A stretch of DNA of 64,000 nt from Acidobacteriota bacterium (GTDB lineage Bacteria; Acidobacteriota; CAIWXX01). The position numbers and the translations under genes were made by a program. This document shows, piece by piece, positions 10,354-20,875 of this stretch (position 1 is the first letter of the stretch; every line of letters begins with the position of its first letter). Location of the stretch: the NCBI GenBank assembly GCA_040755995.1, contig JBFMAF010000036.1:279652-343651 (forward strand). The letters are read 5' to 3'. The notes under the pieces were generated by a model. The model searched no databases, was not told the origin of the DNA, and worked only from the letters and a program-made list of their open reading frames with translations.

Positions 10354-13300
10354 TTGACGCCAGAGCGATGGCTGGAGATCCGAGAGTTGTTCAGGGTGGC
10401 TGTCGAGCTGCCGCCCGGCAGGCGTGAACAGTACCTGGCGGAGCACTGCAAGGGCCATCCCGCGTTGCAGCACGAGGTTGACTCCCTTGTCGCGGCACTC
10501 CAGGAGGACCCGGACTTCCTTCACCAGCCGGCAGTGGAGCAGCTGTCTTCCGGCAGTGCCGAGGGGGCCGCAGCGCATCCGGAATTCACCGCAGGCGAGT
10601 TGGTTGCCGAGCGATACAAGATTGTTCGCTTCGTCGCCAGAGGAGGGATGGGAGAAGTCTACGAGGCGGAGGATACGGAGCTGCGGACAAGGGTCGCGAT
10701 GAAGACGATCCATTCCGCGGTGGCAGATCCTGTACATGCGATAGCGCGCCTCCGGCGCGAAGTCAACCTGGCCCGCAAGATCGCTCACCCCAACGTGTGC
10801 CGCGTGTTCGACGCCGGAAGACACCGGACTCGGACTACTGACGGTCGCACCAAGGACACGGTATTCCTCACAATGGAGTTATTGGAGGGCGAAACCTTGG
10901 CACAGCGTATGGCCAGGGACGGACCGCTGCGGTTCGATCTCGCAGTCCGGATTCTGGCCCAGGTAGCAGAGGCGCTTCATGCGGCGCACACGCTGGGAAT
11001 CGTACACCGCGACTTGAAGAGCTCAAACGTGATGCTGGTTGGACCGCCGGGTGGTGACGATGTGCGGGCGTCGGTCACCGATTTCGGCATGGCCAGAGGG
11101 ATTTCCCCGCTCTTCGAGCACACTGAAACAATCACTGCCTCCGGTCAGATAGTCGGAACTCCGGCCTACATGTCGCCGGAGCAGGTCGAGGGTAAGGAGG
11201 TGTCGCCTGCGAGCGACATATACTCCTTGGGCGTGGTCATGTACGAGATGGCCACGGGGAGGCGGCCATTCGTCGGGGACACACCTCTTTCCACTGCACT
11301 GAAGCGGCTGACCCAGGCGCCGCCGTCGCCGCGCGTTCACACGCCCGATCTCGACGGTCGCTGGGAGACGGCCATGTTACGGTGCATGCAACGGGACCCC
11401 CGAGAGCGCTTCACGACCCCGTTGGAGGTGGTCAGGTTGATGCGCGGCGAATCTGTGCCGGTCTCGCGCAAGGTGCGTATCCGGAGATGGACGGCTGCTG
11501 CTGCGGTGCTGCTGGCGGCCATTCTGGGATCTGTCTCGCTTTGGCTCATGACCGCATCGCCCAGGACTCCTCGTCCGAGCGTCGCAGTACTCGGGTTCAG
11601 GAATCTGTCGGGACAACAGGACACCCGCTGGCTGTCCAAGGCATTCTCAGAGATGCTGAACACGGAATTAGGGGCGGGCGAAAAGGTCCGCCTCGTTCCG
11701 GACGAGGTTGTGGAACGCAGCAAGACCGAGCTGGGATTGCGGGGGGCCGATAGCCTCACCGAGGATGCACTGGCTCGCCTGCGCGCCAACCTGAATGCCG
11801 ACTTCGTCGTGGTGGGTTCATATGTCGCGTTGGCAAGGGGGGGCAGCACGCAGATCCGCCTCGACACTCGGCTTCAAGATACTCGATCAGGCGAGACCAT
11901 AGCACTGCATTCCGAAACTGGAACCGAAGACGATCTGTTTGGGATTGTTGCACGCAGTGGAAGGGAGCTGCGCGTGAATCTCGGGGTTCCCGATCCCAGC
12001 TCAAGCGAGATCGGCTCCATTCACGCCGCACTTCCCGCCAATATCGAGGCCGCAAGAATGTACGCGGATGGCCTGGAACTGCTGGAGCGATTCGACGCGC
12101 TTGCGGCCCGGGAGAAGCTCGAGAAGGCAGTATCCCTTGACCCGAGGTTTGCACTTGGGCATGCCGCGCTTTCCGAGGCCTGGAAGACGCTCGGATACGA
12201 TGCCAGAGCCGCAAGAGAAGCCAAGAACGCCTTCGAGCTCTCTGGCGGATTGCCGCGTGAAGACCGGCTGCTGGTGGAGGCACGCCATCGTGAAGCTGCC
12301 GGAGAATGGGACCAGGCAATCAAGATCTCCGCCGCGCTCTTCACGTTCTTCCCCGACAGCATCGAGTACGGCCTGCAATTGGCCGACCTGCAGACAACGA
12401 GTGGGGCTGCCGGCGAGGCGATGGCGACGCTCCGGGAAACGAGGGCGCTGCCTGCCCCAGCGCGGGATGACCCGCGGATTGATCTTGCAGAGGCGAGGGC
12501 CGCCGCCTCGGTGGCCGACTACCACAGGCAGCTAGCCCTGGCCACACGCGCCGGAGAAACCGGGCAGGCCCGCGGCGCCAAACTCCTGGTGGCCAGCGCC
12601 AGATTGGCCGAAGCCGATGCCATGTGGAGACTCGGGAGCCGGACCCAGGCAAGGTCAGCCGCCGAGGCCGCGCGAGCGCTCTACGACGGCGTGGGAGACA
12701 CCGTCGGGAGCGCCCGATGCTCGCTGATGATAGGCAACATCATCGCCGACCAAGGAGATACGGCTGGCGCGTGGAGGGCCTACCAAGACGCGGCAATAAT
12801 GTTCCGGAACATCGGGAACAAGGCCGGAGAGGCGCGAGCCCTGGCCTCCATCGGAGACTTGTGCCGGAGTCTGGGGAACGTCGCCGAGGCGAAGTCCCTG
12901 ACCCGGCAGGCACTAGCGCTGTTCCAGGAACTCGAGGATCGGAGAGGAGTGGCCGGGTGTTTGAACACCATCGCGACCGACATCTGGAGTGAAGGCGACC
13001 TGGGTGCGGCACTCCGCGTCTACAAGGAATCCCTGGGCTTGGCTCGCGCCCTGAATGACGGACATAGCGTTTCCACCATGCTGAACAACGAAGCCAGCAT
13101 CCTGACGGAGATGGGCCGTCTCACGGAGGCAGCTGATAGACTCCAGGAGGCCCTTGATACATCCACGGCCATCGGCGATCAAGCTGTGATAGTGGGGACG
13201 CTGATCAACCTTGGCAACGTGTTATGGAGCAAAGGAGAGCCCGCAAAGGCCCGTACGATGCTGGAGCAAGCGATTGCAATCTGCCGGAACACTGGCCACA

Positions 13301-14058
13301 AGACCTTCCTTGTAAGGGCCTTGAGTAACTCAGCCGGATTGCTCCTCGACATGGCCATGACCGATGATGCAGCCGGCTCAGCAGAACAGGCACTGAAGAC
13401 CGCCACCGAGATTGGCGACAAGTACTGGCAATCCGTAGGGCTGGGACACTCAGGCGACATTCTGATGTGCAAAGGCGACCTGGCGGGCGCCGAGCTCAGA
13501 CACCAGGAGGCACTCCGATTGCGGACCGAGATCGGGGAGAAGTACAAGGCGGAGGAAAGCCGGTTGGCCCTCGCAGAAATCGCCCTCGAACAGGGTAGAC
13601 CCAAGGAGGCGGAACTGGCAGCGAGAAGCGCTGTCGCGGAATTCGCCTCGAGAAAGGTGTTCGAGAGCGAGGTGGCGGCGGCCGGACTCCTCACGAGGGC
13701 CCTGGTCGCACAGCGCATGGTCACAGCAGCACGCGCGGTCATGCGCGGGGTACAGGACCGGGCCATGAGTAGCGAGAACCTCTTCGCGCGACTGATCCTC
13801 AGTCCTACGATGGCGCGCCTGTACGCGGCAGAGGGTAACACAGCCGAGGCGCTGGCGCGTCTGGCGATCGCGATCAAAGAGGCAAAGGCCGCAGGCTTTG
13901 CCCGGATTGAACTGGAGGCTCGGCTTGCACAGGCCGAAATCGAGGTGAGTTCTGGGCACTCCGAAGGGCAGGCCCACCTGGAGGCCCTGGCGCGGGACGC
14001 GTCGGCCAGACAATTCAACCTCATCGCCAGCAAGGCCGCGGCGCGCCGCGGTGAATAG
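10354..14058 (+). CDS. Membrane Ser/Thr protein kinase with TolB-like and TPR domains
   Basis: GGMGEVY, VAMK, HRDLKSSN, DFG, GTPAYMSPE; one TM helix; long TPR array. Confidence 0.93.
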   Translation: MTPERWLEIRELFRVAVELPPGRREQYLAEHCKGHPALQHEVDSLVAALQEDPDFLHQPAVEQLSSGSAEGAAAHPEFTAGELVAERYKIVRFVARGGMGEVYEAEDTELRTRVAMKTIHSAVADPVHAIARLRREVNLARKIAHPNVCRVFDAGRHRTRTTDGRTKDTVFLTMELLEGETLAQRMARDGPLRFDLAVRILAQVAEALHAAHTLGIVHRDLKSSNVMLVGPPGGDDVRASVTDFGMARGISPLFEHTETITASGQIVGTPAYMSPEQVEGKEVSPASDIYSLGVVMYEMATGRRPFVGDTPLSTALKRLTQAPPSPRVHTPDLDGRWETAMLRCMQRDPRERFTTPLEVVRLMRGESVPVSRKVRIRRWTAAAAVLLAAILGSVSLWLMTASPRTPRPSVAVLGFRNLSGQQDTRWLSKAFSEMLNTELGAGEKVRLVPDEVVERSKTELGLRGADSLTEDALARLRANLNADFVVVGSYVALARGGSTQIRLDTRLQDTRSGETIALHSETGTEDDLFGIVARSGRELRVNLGVPDPSSSEIGSIHAALPANIEAARMYADGLELLERFDALAAREKLEKAVSLDPRFALGHAALSEAWKTLGYDARAAREAKNAFELSGGLPREDRLLVEARHREAAGEWDQAIKISAALFTFFPDSIEYGLQLADLQTTSGAAGEAMATLRETRALPAPARDDPRIDLAEARAAASVADYHRQLALATRAGETGQARGAKLLVASARLAEADAMWRLGSRTQARSAAEAARALYDGVGDTVGSARCSLMIGNIIADQGDTAGAWRAYQDAAIMFRNIGNKAGEARALASIGDLCRSLGNVAEAKSLTRQALALFQELEDRRGVAGCLNTIATDIWSEGDLGAALRVYKESLGLARALNDGHSVSTMLNNEASILTEMGRLTEAADRLQEALDTSTAIGDQAVIVGTLINLGNVLWSKGEPAKARTMLEQAIAICRNTGHKTFLVRALSNSAGLLLDMAMTDDAAGSAEQALKTATEIGDKYWQSVGLGHSGDILMCKGDLAGAELRHQEALRLRTEIGEKYKAEESRLALAEIALEQGRPKEAELAARSAVAEFASRKVFESEVAAAGLLTRALVAQRMVTAARAVMRGVQDRAMSSENLFARLILSPTMARLYAAEGNTAEALARLAIAIKEAKAAGFARIELEARLAQAEIEVSSGHSEGQAHLEALARDASARQFNLIASKAAARRGE

Positions 14059-14150
14059 GAGGCGCTCCCGGGTCTTCGGTGCGCGACCAGCGCGGGGCGG
14101 ATGCCAGGCCCCCGTCGCATGCACGCGGTTCTACCCGACAGGGGCCCGGA

Positions 14151-14276
14151 TTCGTCCCAGCGGTGAATAACTCGGCCGTGTTGCTGCTGGGCATTTGCAG
14201 GATGGATGATCCGGCCAGCGCCGCGGAACTGGCACTAAGAACTGCCATAGGTACCGGCGACGAGTACTGGCAGGCC
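14151..14276 (+). pseudogene. Diverged fragment of the kinase TPR region
   Basis: 22/42 aa identical to the segment encoded at 13309-13434. Confidence 0.7.
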
Positions 14277-14534
14277 GCCGCTGCGGTCCGGCAAAGACTC
14301 GCGTCAGCGCGCCGGGCTTGTCCTGCATTCGAGTCGCCTCGCAGCAGCCCCACGGCATCGTCCGCGTCGACCAATGGAGGTCGTGTTGACCGGTTTTCGA
14401 CCGATTTGCGCTTATGCATATGGGATGGGATGGCATCAATCTGAGCCCGGCCCCGATCTGGGTTGTATGCTTGGGGCTTACTTCCTCAGGATCGGGGCTG
14501 CAGTGTCAAGTCTACCAAGTATTGGAGGTCGATC

Positions 14535-14725
14535 ATGAAACAACACCACACTCCGTCGAGCAAACCCCCGCGGATCGTCATGACGGCGGTCGCTGCACTG
14601 TTTCTCAGTTCCCTCGCTGCGGCTGCGACGCAACCTTTGGCCTCGCTACAGATCGATCCGTCTGGCAAGTTCGTATATGTGGTCAGGCCTGGGACTAACT
14701 CGGTCTTGGGATACACAGTCAGTAC
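14535..14725 (+). pseudogene. N-terminal remnant of a secreted lactonase-type beta-propeller protein
   Basis: GGAGG RBS, signal peptide, one blade (IDPSGKFVYV..PGTNSVLGYTV), then non-protein-like sequence. Confidence 0.5.
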
Positions 14726-14950
14726 TCGCCTCCCTGAATCATCAATGCGTTGGGGACCCGCCTGTTCCTCACCAACAACACCGGTTCCATGGTACGAGGT
14801 TACACAGTGGATGTTGAGACGGGCGGACTGCTCCCCGGGCCGGTGGTGGTCACGCCCTGACGGCCTTGCCGCTCCTGGCAGGAGACGGCGCGCGGGCTGT
14901 GTGGCAATCGTCGGTTCCCGAAAGCCAAGTCATAGAAGGAGGGTAGTCTC

Positions 14951-16774
14951 ATGAGAACAGAATGTCTTTTCTACGTTGGTCTTGCGACGATCCTGGCGAC
15001 CTCCGCGCTGGCGGCAGGCGCCGGCCTCAAGCCGCTTGACGCCGCGCAGTTGGCGCGGATAGAAACGCTCCAGGCTGAACGCGCGGAGACGGCAGAAGCT
15101 TGGGTTTCCGCCAAGCGGCACGAGCTTGGCCTAAACGAGAGCTCTGGCTTCAGAGCAAGAAATGCGCACACCGATGAGTTCGGCCAGACTCATGTCCGTT
15201 TCGATCAATACTACAAAGGAGTCCGTGTCCTGGACGGAGAGATCATAGTGCACCTGGACGCAGACGGGAGACCGCTCAAGCCTACCTCTGCTCTGTGCGC
15301 CGGAATCGATCTCAGCGTGACGCCGACTCTGACCGGAGAAGTAGCAGCGCGGGTAGCCGAAGACGAGTTGGCGAAAGCAGGCGAGTGCTTCACGGATGGA
15401 AACGAGCTGGTCATCTACCCAGTTGTCCAGGTGGCGGTCAAGCCGTCCCGGTCTGGCGTTCGGAGTGATGACCTACGCGCCAGCGACATGATGCGAATGG
15501 TAGGTGGGTACGAGTTGGCCTATCTTGTCGAGACAATCGTGCAGGGCGATTCAGGAGCCTTCCACAGGTTTGGCACGCTGGTTGAGGCCCACACCGGCGC
15601 AATCTTGAGACAGCAGGACCTGACCGTCAAGCTGTCAAACCACACGGCACCACCGTCAGTATCGCTTGGTTCTCTGGACCCATGGCCCGTGACAGGTACG
15701 GGCAAATCCCTTTACAGTGGCAAAGTAAGTGTGTCTGCGTGCTTCTATGGTGCTCCCACTTGGGTCTCTCCCTTCTACTTGCAGGACGTGACCCGCGGGA
15801 ACACGACCACTGTCGACGCCATGCACCGAGAGGATCGTTGGGTATGGGACAAGAACTGCCAGTGCTTCCTGTGGACTCCTGTGTTCGACCCGATTTACAA
15901 AGACCCCGACAATACCTGGGGAGACTACGGCTGGTTCTGTCATGGGATGAACACGCAGTCGGACCGTGGCCAGACGGCCGCTGTCGACGCCCACTACGCG
16001 GCGCAGGTCACGTGGGACCTGTTTCAAAACGTCTTTCGACGCAACGGGTTTTCTGGAAACGGCTCGGGCGTTGTGATCCGTGTGCACTACGGCCAGATGC
16101 TCAACGATGCCATGGTGGACCTGAATTCCGGCTTGGTGGCGATAGGCGATGGGGATTGCATCCGCACTAGGCCCTGGGCATCCATAGATGTGGTGGGGCA
16201 CGAGCTGGGACATCTGTTTGAAGACTCATGCGTTGGGCTCTGGTGGGGAGGTTCCGAGGCACACGCGCTTGCCGAGGCAAATGCCGATATCATCGCGACA
16301 CTTGCCGAATTTTACGCACGAGGGGCTGGCGGAAAGGGCCAGACGATCCCTAACGCCGGTGGCAACTGGACACTTGGCGAGCAGATTGTGCTCAATGGCG
16401 GCGCCCTGCGCTACATGATCAAACCGAGCCTGGATGGCCAGAGCCCAGATGCCTGGAGTCCTGCCCTCGCAAACATCGCAGACCCACATATCAGCGCCGG
16501 CCCGATGAATCGGGCCTTTTACTTCATGGCACAGGGGGCATCTGCCGATCCCAATTCCCCGGCGTACTCCCCGTATCTTCCGAGGGGCATGGCGGGGATC
16601 GGCAATCACAACGCGGCGCGTATCTGGTACCGCGCGATGACGGTATATCTCACCAAGAACGCCACCTATCTGGACGCACGCGCCGCGTGCATGATGGCGG
16701 CGAAGGATCTCTACGGCCGCACCTCCACGGCGGTGGCGGTGCCCAGGGCCTTCACGGCTGTGAATGTGAACTGA
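14951..16774 (+). CDS. M4 family prepro-metallopeptidase
   Basis: Signal peptide, FTP propeptide (HVRFDQYYKGVRV), HELGH, ALAEA, PHISAG, IWYRAMTVYL. Confidence 0.9.
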   Translation: MRTECLFYVGLATILATSALAAGAGLKPLDAAQLARIETLQAERAETAEAWVSAKRHELGLNESSGFRARNAHTDEFGQTHVRFDQYYKGVRVLDGEIIVHLDADGRPLKPTSALCAGIDLSVTPTLTGEVAARVAEDELAKAGECFTDGNELVIYPVVQVAVKPSRSGVRSDDLRASDMMRMVGGYELAYLVETIVQGDSGAFHRFGTLVEAHTGAILRQQDLTVKLSNHTAPPSVSLGSLDPWPVTGTGKSLYSGKVSVSACFYGAPTWVSPFYLQDVTRGNTTTVDAMHREDRWVWDKNCQCFLWTPVFDPIYKDPDNTWGDYGWFCHGMNTQSDRGQTAAVDAHYAAQVTWDLFQNVFRRNGFSGNGSGVVIRVHYGQMLNDAMVDLNSGLVAIGDGDCIRTRPWASIDVVGHELGHLFEDSCVGLWWGGSEAHALAEANADIIATLAEFYARGAGGKGQTIPNAGGNWTLGEQIVLNGGALRYMIKPSLDGQSPDAWSPALANIADPHISAGPMNRAFYFMAQGASADPNSPAYSPYLPRGMAGIGNHNAARIWYRAMTVYLTKNATYLDARAACMMAAKDLYGRTSTAVAVPRAFTAVNVN

Positions 16775-16855
16775 TAGGCAAGTCCCTAACCCGGCAGAGC
16801 CGGAACCAAAGAGGGCGACGGTGTTGCCTGGCCTGCGCCTCCGAACCTCTCAGGA

Positions 16856-17212
16856 ATGCGGGAAGAAAGGCGCACTCACGGCTACACCAGCGGCGCGCGG
16901 ACGGGGGCGCTCAGGGTCGTGGTTTCGGGCCAGAATAGCAACCCCTGGGACTTCATCGTGCTGCCGGCCAACGGAAATGTGGAGCCCACGTCCGGCCCGG
17001 CATCCGGCGGTACTCGCGTCACGATCCTAGCCCCGGCGGGCACGTCGGGCACGCAATTCAACGTCCTCTTCGGCTCGACCGTCGCGCGAGAAATCCAGTT
17101 CATGCAGCCGAACATCATCACCTGCGACAGCCCTCCGGGCACGGGCACCGTCGACGTGAAAGTGACGTCGAGCGTCACATCGACAACGGTCGGTACATTC
17201 TCCTACCGGTAG
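16856..17212 (+). pseudogene. IPT/TIG-domain fragment
   Basis: VEPTSGPASGGTRVTI...V.FG...ITCDSPPGTGTVDVKV...FSY; no convincing start codon. Confidence 0.6.
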
Positions 17213-17465
17213 CGGTCCCTCCCGGCTGCGGACGCACGCTGCCTCCCCGGGGCAAGAAGAGCTCGTCGTGGGGGTGCGATGTCATGGGCCCCTTGCCGTG
17301 TGAATGATCACGCACTGCCCTGTCGTCCCGCTTCGTCTCAACGGCGATTCCAGTTGCAGGTATCCTCACTCTCCAGCGTCATAGCGCTCATCGTGCCATT
17401 CGCGTCCAGTCTCTGAAAAGCGCCATCGGCTACGGTCACGTCTTCGGCCTTCAGCCCGGTCACCC

Positions 17466-17518
17466 GAATCAGTGAATCAGTCCGAGGAATTGACTCTCTG
17501 GCTGCCGATCGATACACT
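17466..17518 (+). promoter_or_regulatory. Putative sigma70 promoter of the OYE operon with an upstream GAATCAGT tandem repeat
   Basis: TTGACT-N17-TACACT at 17490-17518; (GAATCAGT)x2 at 17466-17481. Confidence 0.5.
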
Positions 17519-17571
17519 GGTCGCCGTCGCCGGTTATCGAACAAGGACCGGCACAGGAGTGGGCCCATTCA

Positions 17572-19542
17572 ATGACAGCTCCAGGGGAAGCGAAGCTCAA
17601 GCATCTGTTCCAGCCTGGACGGATCGGCAGGTTCGTCACAAAGAACCGGGTCAAGTACGGTGCCTGCTGCGTCTCCAACTACAACACCCGCGACGGGTTC
17701 ATAACGGAGCGCGAGCTGGCGCGCACGCGCGTAATCGCTCAGACCGGCTGCGGCATCATCACAAACCAGGGGGCCTATCCCGACCCCGCCGGCGAAGGCA
17801 AGGCGTACTTCCGGCAGGTCGCCATCTACGACGACAGGTTTCTCCCGCAGTTTGAAAAAATCGCAGGCTACATCAAGGAGGCCGGCGCCGTCGGCATTCA
17901 ACAGATTCTGCACGCCGGGCGTTACGGCGGCATAGACCTGGGCTATTGCGTGCAACCTTCCGACGTGCCGCAAACCCTGCCGCACTTCAGACCGCCGCGG
18001 GTGCTCACGGTCCAGCAGATCCACGACATCGTCGGGCAACATGCCGACGCGGCCCGGCGCGCTATCCGCGCCGGATTCGACGGCACTGAAGTCACGAGCT
18101 TCATGGGATACCTGCTGGCCAACTTCAACTCCCGCTTCACGAACCAGCGCACCGACGAATACGGCGGCTCGGTCATTAACCGCGGCCGCTTTATGCGCGA
18201 GCTGATCGACGCCATCAAGCAGGCGACGCCCGACAACCCGCTCATCATCCGTCTGAACGGCGACGAGCTGATGCAGCGATGGGGCGGCAGCACCGAAGAC
18301 GAATGCTACGAGCTCATGCAGCAGGCCGTCGATTGCGGTGTCGACATGATCTCCGTCACCGTCGGCTGGCAGGAGGCTCCGGAATCATCTATCGGCCGCG
18401 ACATTCCACCCGGCTACTGGAATTACCTCTCGGGACGCGCCAAGAAGATGTTCCCCAATACCCTGATCGCTTTCGGCAACCGCTTGCCCGACCCGCGCAT
18501 GGCCGACGACTGCATCCGCGACAACGTTTTCGACTTCTGGGAAGTCTGCCGCCCGCTGCTGGCCGACCCCGAGCTCATTCACAAGGCTGCCGAAGACCGC
18601 CTTGAAGAGGCTCGTCACTGCATCGGCTCCCTCAACTGCCTCTCGCGCCTCTTCCGCGACCTGCCTTACACCTGCACCATGAACCCGGCTCTGGGGCACG
18701 AAGGCGAGCCCGAGTATCAGATCAGGCAGGCAGCGGTTCGAAAGAAGATCATGATCATCGGCGCCGGCCCGGCAGGAATGGAGTGCGCCATCACCGCGGC
18801 CGGGCGCGGTCACGACGTAACCGTCTTCGACAAGGCCGGCCGCATCGGAGGAAGCCTCGCAGCCTATATCGACAACGATCTGGCGCGGCCCGAGGATCTC
18901 AGATCAGTCATCGCGCACCACGAGGTCATGGCCAGAAAGCTGGGCGTCCAGATTCGCCTCAATACGGAAGTCGAAGCCAAGTTCATGCGCAGCGTGCTGC
19001 ACGAGTACGATGTGGCGGTCGTCGCCGCCGGCGCGAAGATGGATCGCGATGCGTGGCGAACGGTGGAGGGGCATGAGCTGATCGTGGATATCGCCGAGGT
19101 GGCACATCGCCGCGTGCAGCCGGGATCGAGGGTGGTTGTGATCGGTGGTGGCAAGATCGGCCTGACCGTTGCGGAGTACCTCAAGAAGAACGGGACGCAC
19201 GTCACCGTTCTCGAACAGTCCAGGCGCATAGCCGGGGATGTCAAGCCCTCTTTCAAGTGGCGCCACTCGTCGTGGGTGGAGGAGCTGGAGATTCCTTGTC
19301 TCACGAGCTCCCGGCCCGCGAAAATCACGCGCGAAGGCGTCAGCGTGATCAATGACAAAGGCAAGGAAACGTTCGTGCCGGCAGACATGGTGTTGTTTGC
19401 GGCGCCGCGCAGGCCCAACCAGGAGTTGTTCCACGAATTCGAGTGGATGATCGACGAGCTTCACGGCATCGGCGATGCGCTCATCCCCCGCGGCCTCGAA
19501 CAGGCCATTCACGAGGGATACCGGCTGGGCGCGAGGATCTAG
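17572..19542 (+). CDS. NADH:flavin oxidoreductase (old yellow enzyme, FadH/dienoyl-CoA-type; FMN, Fe-S, FAD)
   Basis: LFQPGRIG, AGFDG, NQRTDEYGGS, RPLLADP, CIGSLNC..C.MNP, GAGPAG, GGGKIG. Confidence 0.9.
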   Translation: MTAPGEAKLKHLFQPGRIGRFVTKNRVKYGACCVSNYNTRDGFITERELARTRVIAQTGCGIITNQGAYPDPAGEGKAYFRQVAIYDDRFLPQFEKIAGYIKEAGAVGIQQILHAGRYGGIDLGYCVQPSDVPQTLPHFRPPRVLTVQQIHDIVGQHADAARRAIRAGFDGTEVTSFMGYLLANFNSRFTNQRTDEYGGSVINRGRFMRELIDAIKQATPDNPLIIRLNGDELMQRWGGSTEDECYELMQQAVDCGVDMISVTVGWQEAPESSIGRDIPPGYWNYLSGRAKKMFPNTLIAFGNRLPDPRMADDCIRDNVFDFWEVCRPLLADPELIHKAAEDRLEEARHCIGSLNCLSRLFRDLPYTCTMNPALGHEGEPEYQIRQAAVRKKIMIIGAGPAGMECAITAAGRGHDVTVFDKAGRIGGSLAAYIDNDLARPEDLRSVIAHHEVMARKLGVQIRLNTEVEAKFMRSVLHEYDVAVVAAGAKMDRDAWRTVEGHELIVDIAEVAHRRVQPGSRVVVIGGGKIGLTVAEYLKKNGTHVTVLEQSRRIAGDVKPSFKWRHSSWVEELEIPCLTSSRPAKITREGVSVINDKGKETFVPADMVLFAAPRRPNQELFHEFEWMIDELHGIGDALIPRGLEQAIHEGYRLGARI

Positions 19543-19544
19543 TT

Positions 19545-19958
19545 GTGAAGAAGATCCTGCAGCCGCCGGGATGGAACCAACCGAAAGGCTACAGCAATGG
19601 TGTGTCGGTTCGCGGGGAGTTGGTTTTCGTGGCCGGACAGGTTGGATGGGATGAGCAGGGACGGTTTCGGACCGACGACCTGGCCGGTCAGGTGGAACAG
19701 GCATTGAAGAACGTGGTCGCGGTGCTGGCAGAAGCCGGGGCGCGGCCCGAGCATATTGTGCGCATGACCTGGTACCTTGGAGACAAGGATGAATACGATA
19801 GGGCGCAGAAGGACCTGGGCCGCGCCTTTCGAAGGATCATCGGTGACTACGGTATTGCGATGACGGCGGTGCAGGTGGCGGGTTTCGTCGAGCCAGGCGC
19901 CAAGGTCGAAATTGAAGTGACGGCCGTTGTTCCCGACATCGATGCCAAGGGAGAGTGA
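19545..19958 (+). CDS. Rid (YjgF/YER057c/UK114) family protein
   Basis: PKGYSNG, VFVAGQVG, KVEIEVTA; Met occupies the position of the catalytic Arg (AMTAVQV). Confidence 0.9.
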   Translation: MKKILQPPGWNQPKGYSNGVSVRGELVFVAGQVGWDEQGRFRTDDLAGQVEQALKNVVAVLAEAGARPEHIVRMTWYLGDKDEYDRAQKDLGRAFRRIIGDYGIAMTAVQVAGFVEPGAKVEIEVTAVVPDIDAKGE

Positions 19959-19983
19959 GGGCCTCATTTGCCGGAGTCCTGGA

Positions 19984-20421
19984 ATGCAAGCCCGTGATTC
20001 AGCGAGCCAGCAGGTGTTCGGCGAGCTCGGCCCGTGGCAGGCGATGCTGGAACGCAACAGCGAGCTTTTCTCCGGGGTGCAACCCGGCGCCAGGATCGGG
20101 ATCATGCCGCGCAGCGCACCGGGCTCTGCAGAGCAGCTCATGTTGGTATGGCAGGTCGCAGAGGGCGGTATCTCGGCGCGATTCGAGCTATTCGACGGCA
20201 TTCCTTCGATCAAAGCGGATCTCCTCCTGGCGGCTGACGCAGATGCCATGACTGCGATTCGCGACGCTCTGAGCGGAGACATCCTGGCTGCGATGAAGCG
20301 ACAGATCCGGCGAGGCGGCATTCTGGTTTACGTGCTCCGAACCAAGCGCCAGCTTCAGGACGCCGGCTACGAAGATCTTCTCGACTCTCTCGGATCAGGC
20401 TACCTTGGTGCCTGCCGGTGA
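19984..20421 (+). CDS. Hypothetical protein, possibly SCP2-like fold
   Basis: Operonic position; ADLLLAAD...QIRRGGI..YV pattern. Start codon uncertain. Confidence 0.55.
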   Translation: MQARDSASQQVFGELGPWQAMLERNSELFSGVQPGARIGIMPRSAPGSAEQLMLVWQVAEGGISARFELFDGIPSIKADLLLAADADAMTAIRDALSGDILAAMKRQIRRGGILVYVLRTKRQLQDAGYEDLLDSLGSGYLGACR

Positions 20422-20618
20422 TCTTCTACAATCCCGCCGGCGCCCCCGAGCTCGCCTGCGAACAGTGCGGTTGCCGCTGGTTCGATCGCACAAGCAATAA
20501 CAGGTGCTACGAATGTGGCACCGAGGTACCCGCGGAGTCGATTGCGGAGTTCGAGCGCGCGCTGAAGGAGTTTTCCGCTCGACGCGAGACACGGCCAAGG
20601 ACAGATGATAGGCTGTAG
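20418..20618 (+). CDS. Small Cys-rich zinc-ribbon/rubredoxin-like protein
   Basis: CEQCGC...CYECG; GTGA overlap with the upstream gene. Confidence 0.7.
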   Translation: MIFYNPAGAPELACEQCGCRWFDRTSNNRCYECGTEVPAESIAEFERALKEFSARRETRPRTDDRL

Positions 20619-20875
20619 GCTATTAGGCGCGTTAGCGCCTAGTCTTTACCAACATGTTGTCAGGTACGAGGCGACGAAGAACTCGTTGCCGTTGACGTCG
20701 CCGTCGTCGTGGTCGAACCCGTGGCCGTCGCCGACTACGCCGACGCCGACTGAAACGGCTACGTCAACGCCAACGGATACGGGACAGGCTGCGAACGGAG
20801 TGAGCCGCTTCTTCCGCGCGAAATCGCGGAAAAAGCATAGACTGTCAGCTGGCCTGCACAATAGCCTATCAGCCT
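20610..20875. repeat. Nested inverted-repeat element (REP/MITE-like)
   Basis: Outer arms AGGCTG(A)TAGGCTATT at 20610-20624 and 20860-20875; inner 21-bp arms at 20684-20704 and 20755-20775 (19/21). Confidence 0.6.
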
